NCBI RefSeq assembly: GCF_001194135.2
Contig: NC_068982.1
Location: 79,679,171 to 79,711,568 of the forward strand
From: Octopus bimaculoides
Taxonomy: Eukaryota
Direction of reading: 5' to 3'
DNA length: 32,398 bases
Below, one piece after another: positions 12,675-23,229 of the stretch (positions are counted from its first letter, which is position 1; every line of letters starts with the position of its first letter). Position numbers and translations under genes: made by a program. The notes under the pieces were generated by a model. The model was not told the origin of the DNA. It worked only from the letters and a program-made list of their open reading frames with translations, and made no database searches.

Positions 12675-12800
12675 TATCAGTCACAGAACTCCGGCCATGC
12701 TGGAGAACTGACTTGATTTACCCGCTGAAATTATTTTTATTATTTATTTATTTTTAGTCGGGTACTTATTCTGTCGTAATTTATTGCCGAACCACTTGGT
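12675..12800 (-). mobile_element. Degenerate 3' part of SINE family A
   Basis: GGCCATGCTGGAG and GTACTTATTCTGTCG..TTGCCGAACCAC match the 29874-30060 part of the full copy. Confidence 0.6.
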
Positions 12801-12895
12801 CATGACATCTTAGAGAAGTCAACATCAGTTGCGAAACTATGGAGAAACCAACACAGACACCCATATGTATAATAATATACATAAATACGTATGTA

Positions 12896-13392
12896 ACGAA
12901 CAGGAAGTCCAAGAACCTCTACAGATGCAGAGTGCGTTGCACCACGCAGAGCCTTCCAAGATGATTCTATGTCATCACTTACATCAACAGTGTTGAGTGC
13001 AATGTCCAACTTGATAGAGAGCTCAGTTTGCTTTTCAAGAGTTTTCAATGCGCTTAGGCACTGATGTGTAGTTTTGTGTGTCTTAGATGGAACGTTGCTT
13101 TGCTACGAAGAAGAGAATGGTCAGAGAGATAGCAGGTGTTATGAAAGGAACGTGTAATGTTAAAGTCCCTAATATCTCGTTTCTTAATGATAACATAGTC
13201 TATGAGATGTTAATACTTATATCTAGGATGCATCCAGGTCGTCGTACAATTTCGCTGGTGAAAAAAGATATTTGTGAAGCTTAGACTGAATTCCCTGCAG
13301 ATGTAGAGCACATGCAGACCACTGGATTTCATTCGACCTACACCATGGGATACCTTCACCACGGTTAAGGAGCCCCATCTGTCCCCTAATAT
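12896..13392 (-). mobile_element. RTE-clade LINE fragment (APE endonuclease C-terminal part + linker)
   Basis: Minus frame HGVGRMKSSGLHVLYICREFSLSFTNIFFHQRNCTTTWMHPRYKY*HLIDYVIIKKRDIRDFNITRSFHNTCYLSDHSLLRSK, then in a shifted frame ..ESSWKALRGATHSASVEVLGLPVR. TTWMHPR..HLIDYV and the DH motif are typical of RTE/BovB-like APE domains; stop at 13210-13212. Confidence 0.88.
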
Positions 13393-13624
13393 ATGGAATT
13401 AAATGCAGCAAGAAAAATAATTATACACATATACATATGTATATATATATATAAAGAGAAATAAACAAAATAATTAATTAATCTAGTGGAAATCCACAGG
13501 AGAGCAATAAAAATAGAAAATTAAGGAGTTATCTCCCCTATAATAACAAAGACGAAAGCTAACGAGATCCTAAAGACCTAATAATAGTTATGTATGTGTT
13601 TTTTCGTGTTTTGTTCGAAAGGTA

Positions 13625-13710
13625 ACCACTCCTGAAGAAGTGCCAAATGTCTAAATCCAATAGACCAGTCACTGGATAAGTTTGGCACAGAAATGTTAAC
13701 ATAGAGTGGT
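13625..13710 (+). ncRNA. Type I hammerhead ribozyme
   Basis: Stem I ACCACTC (13625-31) / GAGTGGT (13704-10), 7 perfect bp; core CTGAAGA (13632-38); stem II GTGCCAAA (13640-47) / TTTGGCAC (13681-88); GAAA (13690-93); stem III in perfect palindrome ATGTTAACAT (13693-13702); cleavage triplet ATA, predicted cut after 13703. One extra A on each side of stem II (13639, 13689). Confidence 0.85.
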
Positions 13711-14484
13711 GAATAAATCGATATATCGAATTTGAAGTCTCTGTCTCTTTTGAATATGAAAATTTAAAAGTTTAAAAACCTTATAATATAAATATAANNN
13801 NNNNNNNNNNNNNNNNNNNNNNNNNNNNNNNNNNNNNNNNNNNNNNNNNNNNNNNNNNNNNNNNNNNNNNNNNNNNNNNNNNNNNNNNNNNNNNNNNNNN
13901 NNNNNNNNNNNNNNNNNNNNNNNNNNNNNNNNNNNNNNNNNNNNNNNNNNNNNNNNNNNNNNNNNNNNNNNNNNNNNNNNNNNNNNNNNNNNNNNNNNNN
14001 NNNNNNNNNNNNNNNNNNNNNNNNNNNNNNNNNNNNNNNNNNNNNNNNNNNNNNNNNNNNNNNNNNNNNNNNNNNNNNNNNNNNNNNNNNNNNNNNNNNN
14101 NNNNNNNNNNNNNNNNNNNNNNNNNNNNNNNNNNNNNNNNNNNNNNNNNNNNNNNNNNNNNNNNNNNNNNNNNNNNNNNNNNNNNNNNNNNNNNNNNNNN
14201 NNNNNNTATATATATATATATACATATATACACACATACACACACACATATGTATATATATATATAACGTTGACCACTAACATGGACATTCAAATGTGCT
14301 AGAAATAGATCACATCTTGTGTCTATTAAGACCTAAATTGTTCTCAACCCTATTTTATATATATATATATATATACATATATACACACATACACACACAC
14401 ATATGTATATATACATACATGCATATATACATATACACAGACTCATATACATGTGTGTGTATGTGTGTGTGCTTGTATGCTTGT

Positions 14485-14640
14485 ATATATACATGTAAGA
14501 CGGACTTCCACACCGTTTAACTTATAAGCTATTGGCTGAACCATGGTCATAGTATAACACAAATGCCGTGCAAAGGGACCGAACTGGAAATCACGTGGTT
14601 GCAAAGTGGACTTCTTAACACATAGCAGTGCCTACATCTC
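14485..14640 (-). mobile_element. Degenerate 5' (tRNA-derived) part of SINE family A
   Basis: Aligns by eye to 30110-30264 (GACGG.CTT..., GGGAC.GAAC, GTGGTTG..AAG..CTT..ACA.AGC). Confidence 0.6.
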
Positions 14641-15008
14641 AAACTATAGGCGAAGTGCTCTCATTCATTTCGTTAATGAAATTCTTTCGTTTACTTCTTT
14701 ACCTATTCATTCTATCCTCTCATCAGTCTTTTTTCATTTATTTCAAATTACCCTGCCTCCCACTAGAAGCTCTCTTACATTTACCCTCCTTCTTTCTTTC
14801 TTTTCTTCATTTTAACTCTTCCTTCCTTAATATATTTCATTCTTTCAACTAATTAAGAATATTTAAAATTCATTAATTCAAACATTTCTTTTTGTTGTTT
14901 TTCTTTATCGTTTTCACTTTAATTGCGGTGGACGTAGCTGTGTGACAAGGTTACCACACGACCAAGGAAAACTGAGAGACCAGTTGCCCATATCTTGTCA
15001 CTTTTCTT

Positions 15009-15660
15009 GCGAATTATCTGTAATTAAAAGACTTAGCTGTGGACGATTGAATTCGATTATCTATTCATTAATTGTTTCAAATTTTGGCACAAAGCCAGCA
15101 ATTATGAGGGGTGGGGCCATATCTATTACATCGACCGCAGTGCTCAAATAGTTTTTATTTTATTTACCCCGAAAGGATGAAAAGCAAAGTTGACAACGGT
15201 CGGAAGTCATTTTGCTAAGCATTTTCGTTTGGCGTGCTAATGATTCTTCCTTCAATTCTCAATTGATGTGAATTATCTGTAGCTCATGAGGTTAGCTGTG
15301 GTCAGTTAATTCTACTAGCTCTCAGTTAGAGTGAATTATACGGCAATAATGGAATCCATCTTGTTCTTATTTAGCACGGAATAATTAATATTTAACTATG
15401 AACAATTAAATCAACCTAGCTCCCAGTTAGTGCGAATTATCAATAATCAGTAGACTTATCTCTGAACTAACTTACATTTTAATAAGTGCGAATTAGTAAT
15501 GGGTAATAGAAATAACTTTCAACTTACTCATCACTCGATTAATGCGAATTATCTGGAGGCAGTATAATTAACTCTGAACAATTGAATCCACCTATTTGAC
15601 AACGAATACTCATTATCTATGGGTAGTGGACTTAACTCAGTAAATTTTCCTATCAACAAT
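15009..15660. repeat. Degenerate minisatellite, unit about 56-63 bp, anchor G(C/T)GAATTATC
   Basis: Anchors at 15009, 15268, 15331, 15432, 15488, 15544 and a decayed one near 15602; recurring ACTTAACTCTGAACAATT and CTAGCTC.CAGTTA submotifs. Confidence 0.7.
15071..15250 (-). mobile_element. SINE family B copy (internal deletion) nested in the minisatellite
   Basis: TTTCAAATTTTGGCACAAAGCCAGCAA..TACCCCGAAAGGATGAAAAGCAAAGTTGAC..GCTAAGCATTTT.. matches 31887-32100 and the reverse complement of 19683-19866. Confidence 0.8.
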
Positions 15661-16025
15661 GTATTTGACTATGATACACAAATGTCTGTTTTAATTTAAT
15701 ACTGCTTCTATTGCATATTATGGATCTTTATTCAACCGGGCGGCTTTTCGCAACACCTCTGACGGTTTATTCATTGTTATCAGTAGCGTCAAATTTCGTC
15801 TAAGCATTTTAAGTAAACATTTTTCATAACTCACAATGAGGCAGAATTGCATTTCGTATGCTATGTAGCCGCTGCTGAGATGATCTTCGTCTGCTTCCTG
15901 TGTTTTTAAACACAACACGTTCATAAAAGATGTTATCTCTGGAAAAATACTACTGTAAGTTTGCCTTTCAGTGATGTATTTACATTAAATATGACACACA
16001 GATGGAGACATGTGCACACACACAC

Positions 16026-16075
<50 letters not shown>

Positions 16076-16740
16076 ATGTATTCATGTACGTGTGTTGTAT
16101 GTATGTATGCATGTATACATATTTGGTGCAAAGTTCTAAAAACATGTAGCCGAGTTGACAGAACAACAAACATGGTTTCCTGAGCGTAAACTTAAGTTTT
16201 ACGTACATGAAAATTAAAAGAATCATTAACGTTNNNNNNNNNNNNNNNNNNNNNNNNNNNNNNNNNNNNNNNNNNNNNNNNNNNNNNNNNNNNNNNNNNN
16301 NNNNNNNNNNNNNNNNNNNNNNNNNNNNNNNNNNNNNNNNNNNNNNNNNNNNNNNNNNNNNNNNNNNNNNNNNNNNNNNNNNNNNNNNNNNNNNNNNNNN
16401 NNNNNNNNNNNNNNNNNNNNNNNNNNNNNNNNNNNNNNNNNNNNNNNNNNNNNNNNNNNNNNNNNNNNNNNNNNNNNNNNNNNNNNNNNNNNNNNNNNNN
16501 NNNNNNNNNNNNNNNNNNNNNNNNNNNNNNNNNNNNNNNNNNNNNNNNNNNNNNNNNNNNNNNNNNNNNNNNNNNNNNNNNNNNNNNNNNNNNNNNNNNN
16601 NNNNNNNNNNNNNNNNNTTCTTTTCTATATCTTTTTGTTTGTTTCGATAACAAGCTCTAGACAGCAATGAGTAAATAAATATTAAAATAAATGATTGAAT
16701 AACTAAATAAATAAGTTCTATATTTAAAAGATGAGGAATT

Positions 16741-16995
16741 ATGTACATTATTTTACATTATTTACAATTGACGGATATTTGTCCTCATCATGTTTGTTGT
16801 TAACACAACGTTTCGGATGATATACCCTCCAGTCTTCATCAGGTGTCTTGGGGAAATTTCGAACCTGGGTTCTCATTCCTAAGGTATTTTTCGATGTTGC
16901 TATTATTATTATTATTATTATTCAGGCCACTGCCTGGAATCGAACTCGGAATCTTATACTTAGTAGCTGGCGTTCTTAACCACTACGCCATGTAA
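16741..16995 (-). mobile_element. tRNA-derived SINE (family C) with internal (AAT)n and Penelope-type hammerhead-like 3' region
   Basis: A box TGGCGTAGTGG (16990-16980), B box GTTCGATTC (16945-16937), (AAT)n 16922-16901, CTGATGA..CGAAACGTT motif 16847-16802, short tandem TGTAAATAA-type tail 16768-16741. Confidence 0.8.
16802..16847 (-). ncRNA. Minimal type I hammerhead ribozyme motif (stem II mutated in this copy)
   Basis: GACAC CTGATGA A GACTG-gagggtatat-CATCC GAAA CG T T GTGTT: 5-bp stem I (one G-U), ACGT palindrome in place of stem III, GTT cleavage triplet; stem II has two mismatches. Confidence 0.6.
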
Positions 16996-17951
16996 ATAAA
17001 TAAACGCTGGGAAATCTAGAGAGTAATGCGGTTTCAATTTTTGGTTGAAGCTGTTAAATTTTACTTACGATCTTAATTCTCTTGGACCAATGAAATAATG
17101 TCACAACATACTTTTTTTGCTCGCTCAGGAAAAAATATAAGGCTTTGTTCCAAGACAAAAGAAACCGATATTGAAAAATATATATATATTTCCAATTTCC
17201 TTCCTTTTTCGCCGTTGCCATCTTCTATTTCTTTCATTCTTCAATTATTCCTTTCTTCATTACTCAAAAAAAAAGTAATCTTTTAGTTTCTTTTCTTTTA
17301 TATTTGTTCCCAACATCCTTTTTTTTTTAAGAATCCTCCTTTCATTTCTATTCCTGCTTTTATATTCTTTCTCTTTGTGCCAATATTTCTATATTTACAA
17401 TCGTAGAAATCAATAGAATATTAGTAATGTCGGATGTTAGAAATAAACATTTCTATATTTATAGTAGTGATCACGTGGTAAAGTTGCCAGTAAACCCCCG
17501 CTAATTCGAAAATACCTCGTGATTTCGATTCCCGACTGAATGTAGCTCTTCACTTTTGTCGCAAGTTCTTTGCAGAAAAAGTCCGTTTATTACAACATAC
17601 AATTTAATTTTTTTTTTTTTTTTCGACAACGAAAATAAAAATATTTTCCGCCGAATTCTACACAAACCATAAACATCCGCCTAAAATGGCGAACGGCGAT
17701 ATGTGAACAACACACAGAGAATGATACGCACACGCACGAACATATAAGCATGTACGCAGGCGCGCGCGCACACACACGTCTATGTATGTGTGCTTGTGTG
17801 TTTGTAGGTACGTATGTATGCATATATGTACGCATGTTTATATGTGTGCGAATGTGTATACGTATGTATATGTGCATCTCTAAAGGCGGGTATGCAAGTA
17901 AGTGTAAGTTATTTGTATGCTTGCTTATATGTGTATATATGTGAATGTAGT

Positions 17952-18271
17952 GAAGGCGCGTGGCTTAGTGGTTAGGGTATTCGGCTCACGATCGTAAGGT
18001 CATGAATTCAATTCCCGGCGTCGCGTTGTCCTTGAGCAAGACACTTTATTCCCCGTTGCTCCAGTTCAATCAGCTGGCAAAAATGAGTTGTACCTGTATT
18101 TCAAGAGGCCAGCCTTGTCACACTCTGTATTACGCTGAATTTCCCTGAGCACTACGTTAAGGGTACATGTGTCTGTGGAGTACTCAGCCACTTGCACACT
18201 AATTTAACAAGCAGGCGGTTCGGTTGATCGGATCAGCTGGAATCATCGTCGTCTTAACTGACGGAGTGTCA
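17952..18271 (+). mobile_element. tRNA-derived SINE family D, apparently full length
   Basis: A box TGGCTTAGTGG (17961-71), decayed B box AATTCAATTCC (18005-15), central GTCCTTGAGCAAGACACTT..GTTGCTCCAG..AGCTG resembling the V/CORE-type SINE domain; homologous copy inverted at 21130-21290. Confidence 0.8.
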
Positions 18272-18528
18272 TATGTGCATGTATACGTAACTGTCTGCCT
18301 CTATATATGTATGTATGTATATATGAATGTATGTATGTATGTATGCATGCATGCATGTATGCATGTATGTATGCACGCACCTATGTATGTATGCATGTGT
18401 GTATACATGCATATGTGTATGTATGCATGTGTGTATGTATGCATGTGTGTATGTTTGTATGAGACTATACAGTACATATATGTATGCAGAAAGGTATGCA
18501 TGTGTGTGTCCAGGCATGTATGTGTATA

Positions 18529-19170
18529 TATTGGGTCATCTCATAAATAATGCTGACTTTTTCAATTGCATGAACTAAAAGTCAAAGGGAGACGGGATAA
18601 ACTACGTGCATCCACGTGCTATAAAGGCAGTTAGTAATTTTACCTTGTACTTATTCTTAGTGCAACTTTTGAAGAGTGCAGTTCGATTTTAACAGTTTAT
18701 TTTTTCAAAACTATAATGGAAGTGACAAGGGAGCATATTCAGCACATTTTGCTTTCTGAGTTCAATAAAGGCAACAACACAATGGAAAGTGTGAGGAATA
18801 TCAATGCAGTATATGGAGATTGGACAATAAGCGTAAGCCAGTGTCAACGGTGTTTCCAGTAATTCTGAGCCGGAAACTACAACCTAGAAGACGACCCTCG
18901 TCCTGGAAGATCTGTAGAACTCAACGAGGATGTCCTGCAAACCCTGGTCGAACAAAATCCCATCGAAACTGTTGAGGAACTAGCAGAGAAGCTTGGATTC
19001 GGTTATTCAACCAGTCATTCAAGCAAGCACCAGAAGAAAAACGACCATCTTTAGTTTCAAGACGAAAAGTGTTATTCCAACAGGATAATGCTTGGCCACA
19101 TACAGCAAGGATGACATTCCAAAGGCTGGAGCAGTTTGAATGGGAAACACTCCCTCCGCCAGACCCTCCG
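18529..19170 (+). mobile_element. Mariner transposon remnant, internally deleted
   Basis: From ATG 18716: MEVTREHIQHILLSEFNKGNNTMESVRNINAVYGDWTISVSQCQRCFQ*F*AGNYNLEDDPRPGRSVELNEDVLQTLVEQNPIETVEELAEKLGF (HTH region), joined to EEKRPSLVSRRKVLFQQDNAWPHTARMTFQRLEQFEWETLP (QDNA-PH motif). Probable 5' TIR TA|TTGGGTCATCTCATAAATAATGC at 18529; no 3' TIR seen. Confidence 0.92.
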
Positions 19171-19180
19171 TTGTCTCCGT

Positions 19181-19315
19181 CGATCAAAAGACTTTAACTA
19201 ACCCTGGGCTATAATAGAAGATACTTTGCGCAAAATGTTGCGGTGTGAGTTCGAACTCAAATCTTCGCAGTTGTGAAACGAAAAAGTCTAAATGATACAG
19301 CCGTTCTCACGCTCA
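19181..19315 (-). mobile_element. Degenerate SINE family A head
   Basis: GGGCTATAATAGAAGATACTTTGCGCAA..TTCGAACTC..ATACAGCCGTTCTCACGC resembles 30165-30264 in the same orientation. Confidence 0.55.
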
Positions 19316-19469
19316 TTTTTTACATTCTACTTTCTATTCGGCGATTTCACATCGCTCCGGGGAAAACGCTAACTGGAGACCTCCCGGTTTATCCACTCAG
19401 TCACACCATTTCATTACAAACTTGAGGATTTTAGACAAAGAGATCAATAACTACTTCAATTAATTAAGA

Positions 19470-19930
19470 GTTCTGAGTTCAAATTCCGCCAGGGTTAGTT
19501 TCCATTTAATTCTCACATCCAACACCTTCACTACAACCGATGGTGGAGGAGAGATCGATAAAGTAAATTCCATGTTTCGTACTGGATCGATATAATTGTT
19601 CATAACCGCACCGTTCAGTGGCTTCGCAATCAATGTATGTAAGTCAATATTCAATCACTTAATAGTCTAGGGTCAAGATGAAATGGAAGAATTGTTAGGA
19701 CGCCGGGCAAAATGCTTAGCAGCGTTTCGCCCGTCTTTATGGTTTGAATTCAAATGTCACAGAGGCCGACTTTGCCTTTCATCCCTTGAGGGGTAAATAG
19801 AATAAGTAGCAATTGAGTAGTGGGCTCTATGTAACTGACTTACCCCTCCTCCGAAATTCCTGGCAAATTCTTGACCCTACATTCTATCCTTCTGAGGTCA
19901 ATATGCAAAGTACCAGTTGCCATTATTGTT
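19470..19930 (+). mobile_element. Cluster of SINE family B pieces (best copy 19683-19866)
   Basis: GTTAGGACGCCGGGCAAAATGCTTAGC..TTCAAATGTCAC.GAGGCCGACTTTGCCTTTCATCC..AATAAGTA.; shorter pieces at 19470-19500, 19555-19600 and 19870-19920. Confidence 0.75.
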
Positions 19931-20016
19931 ATTATTTAGCCGTAGGTAATCTTTGATCAAGCAAACTTAGGATCAAAAGACTTTTCTGTCATGTCCCTCC
20001 TGTCATTTTTCTATAT

Positions 20017-21035
20017 CAAGGACTAGATTGTCAAATGTTTCCTTTCTTGTTGAAGACAGAGCCATAAGATTTAAGGGAGATTTCGTTGTTATCTTTCGCA
20101 TGTCGAGCGATAGAATTCCAGCCATATTGGGGTTAAATTCAGTTTTCCACATCTCCCCTTCGGCTATCGGTTGTTGGAATCGTGACATCTTGTCGTAGGG
20201 AGGACATCTTGAAAGATTCAACCCTAAATTTTGTATTCAATAAATTAAGGTCTGATTTATTCGATGTTTTTATTGATATTTCGGGTTGATGTTGCTGTTG
20301 TTGGCGTTGCTGTTTTAGTTCTTGTTGATCGATCAACGTTGATCTAACCGTTACATCTTGTCTATTTTGTTTCTTTTTAAGTTCAGCAGTACTTCCAACA
20401 ACATAGTCTAAGTACTTCTTATTTTAGAATGACAGTGCAGAGTTTGAGGGAAATTTGTCGGTTATTTCTAGCTCCTCAACAGCATATAAGCTCTTTTGTT
20501 CACTCTAACCATGTGAGAAATCAATTTTTACTTCGATCTCTCAATTTTCTGGGTTAAAAATTCCTGCAATGATATTGAATCTACTTTCCATTGTTCTCAG
20601 TAAAGTGAGGGTAGCCATTGTAGGGTCGTTTTAACAGTATTATAGTCACCCCACCCCGTAGGATAAAGCAATGCACTGGAGCCGATGTAACCATTTAACT
20701 CCTAGACTCTTGGGTCTTCTGAGCGACTCTCCAGTGTGCATAGGCTTTAACAAAGCATCGGATCACCGCTCAAAGGCGGCAACAGAGATTGATCAAATGA
20801 ATACCAGTCATTAACTGAGGTTTAGTTTTTCTAGCTTTATTCCATAATTCATCACGTATGGGTGGATAGCTTTAGACTTAGATCTCTCATGAGCTCAAGG
20901 ACCTATAAGGACTACATTGTCTATATCAGAAAACTAGATGGTAAAATGTATCCTTCTTTACTGAAGATAGAGGCGTATGTTTTAAGGGAGATTTCGTTAT
21001 CTTTCGCATGTCGAGCGACAAAGTCCAGTCATATT
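20017..21035. repeat. Dispersed direct repeat, about 110 bp (20017-20128 and 20927-21035; weaker copy 20425-20490)
   Basis: Both main copies contain TTTAAGGGAGATTTCGTT(GTT)ATCTTTCGCATGTCGAGCGA. Confidence 0.8.
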
Positions 21036-21129
21036 AGAGTTCAAGTCAGTATAAATGACTGAGATTACAATACTCCCCACCCCCACCTTATCTCGACGGG
21101 GTGCCGGTCCAAATGCAGGATTTATTTCC

Positions 21130-21290
21130 CAGTTATTACTGGAACTCATTTACAGCTGAATGAACTGCAGCAAAGTGAAATGAAATATTTTGCTCAAGAA
21201 CACAAGACACTGCCCGGTGCAGCGATCGGAACCATGATCTTACGCTGATCATGAGTACAGCTCCTTTACCTTAATGCCACGCATCTTCAC
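21130..21290 (-). mobile_element. SINE family D, 5' half
   Basis: ACTCATTTACAGCTGAATGAACTGCAGCAA..TTGCTCAAGAACACAA..GCCACGCATCTTCAC resembles the reverse complement of 17952-18090. Confidence 0.7.
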
Positions 21291-21599
21291 AAAAAGGAAT
21301 GGTTAAAATATATTCGTTAACAAACGATAAGCTACATTTTCTCGCCGAAATAGCCATGTTTAAGTTACTAAATATCAACAAGAAAGGCATGAACATTCTT
21401 TACTAGCATTAGCTGGGTAAACGTTAATTTAACTATTATGTTTCATCCAGATGGCGTCTTTAGGCAACCCAGATGTATCATTGTACAATATTTTTTATAT
21501 CTGATTGTGATTCTCTCATCTGTAATTCATCTTTTACGGTGATGTGATGAGAATAAGAGGCTTAATATGTTCAGTGTTGCCTCCGGACTAATCTTTTCT

Positions 21600-21772
21600 C
21601 TTTTATCTTTTACTTATTTCAGTCATTGGATTGCGGCCATGCTGGGGCAATGTCTTGATTGGTTTTAATTGAACTGACCGACCTCAGTACTTAATTTTTA
21701 AAGACTGGTACTTATTCCACTGGTCTCTATAGGCCAAACCGCCAAGTTACGGAGGCGTAAACAAACCAATAT
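21600..21772 (-). mobile_element. SINE family A, 3' half
   Basis: TTTTACTTATTTCAGTCATTGGATTGCGGCCATGCTGGGGCA..TGGTACTTATTC..CCAAACCGCCAAGTTACGG matches 29874-30030. Confidence 0.75.
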
Positions 21773-22994
21773 TATTTTTCCTTTCATTCACTACATAATT
21801 ATTTCTTGTTTTTATTTGCCTCTACATAAAATGTCAACAATAACTTAGAGAAAAATTTGGCTTATAACTGTTGTAATGTAGGCTTTCCCTTCGATCTTGT
21901 TCCCTTCTCTTTCTTTCATATTTCCTTTATTTCACCTACTTTTGTCCTCGTTCTTCTTTGAATTTTCTTTTTCTTTCCATCGAATGTCACTTCATTTTAA
22001 ACTTTTCCTCATTCGCTCATTCATTCTTTCTTTTTCTTTATATTTTCTTTCCTTCTTTCCGTTTATTCATCCAAACTTCTTCCTCATTTTCCCATTATTT
22101 TCCTATATACTTTCTCTCTTTTTCTTCTTTTCTTCTTTCTTAATACATTTCTTTCAATTCTTCCTCTTCTTTCTCTCTTTCACTTATCTCTTCATTGCTC
22201 CTGGTTAATTTTCACAACTACATTTACGCATGCGTAGTCCAAAGAATGTCTATCTACATGTTTGTATGCCTATACCTGAGATTTTATATTATGTTTGTGT
22301 GACTGTGTCTGTCTACGTATATGTGGGTGGCATATTTGTTTGTGTATGTCCGTGTTTGAATATATGCGTTTATCTGTTCATGTGCGTGTAGGTATGTATA
22401 TGTGTTTATACTGCCTGTGTGAGCGTGTCTGTGTATGTGTGGTGGCAAGAAATCTATAAAATGATGTATGACTAGTAATTTCTGTTATTGGGATCCTCAT
22501 TGTATTTTGTGTGTGTATGTGTGTGTGTGTCTGTGTGTGAGTACGTGAGCGCGAGCATATGTATCTGTAAGTATGCGTGGCATTATATGTGTTTATATAT
22601 GCGTATGGATGTAAGTTTGCATGTATGCAAATATTGTTTGCATTTACGTTCTTATATGTTTATGCGTTTTGATAGAGGTGACTTTAAAAGTAATTCTATA
22701 CATACACATTTACACTCACAAATACGTACAGAGATCTGCATACACATATACACATGGATACGTATATATAAATGATAGTATAAATATTATATTATGCATA
22801 TATGCATATATATATGGGTGCATAAACGTTATAAGTATATATACACATACACACACGTATATATACACACATACACACACAGGAGTTTATGTATATATAT
22901 AATTTTATGAGTCAGTGCAAGATGTGTGTATTTGTGCATGTGCTTAAAAGTAAATCTGCGTGCGTTCATATGCAGTGTCTGTGTATGCGCGTGT

Positions 22995-23043
<49 letters not shown>

Positions 23044-23229
23044 NNNNNNNNNNNNNNNNNNNNNNNNNNNNNNNNNNNNNNNNNNNNNNNNNNNNNNNNN
23101 NNNNNNNNNNNNNNNNNNNNNNNNNNNNNNNNNNNNNNNNNNNNNNNNNNNNNNNNNNNNNTGTTTGTGCGTGTGTGGTCCTAAAACATTAATGATATAT
23201 GTCAGGAATAAAGCTGATGACGAGGACTG

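Noticed and set aside
12800-12845. CTTAGAGAAG-TCAAC(atca)GTTG-CGAAAC hammerhead-like string
   Set aside because: Core is corrupted; stems I and III cannot be formed convincingly.
15009-15660. CRISPR-like array
   Set aside because: Eukaryotic context, degenerate units, no constant repeat with unique spacers, no cas genes.
16921-18020. Functional tRNA genes at A/B-box sites (also 24516 and 30200-30264)
   Set aside because: No complete cloverleaf; each continues into a SINE body.
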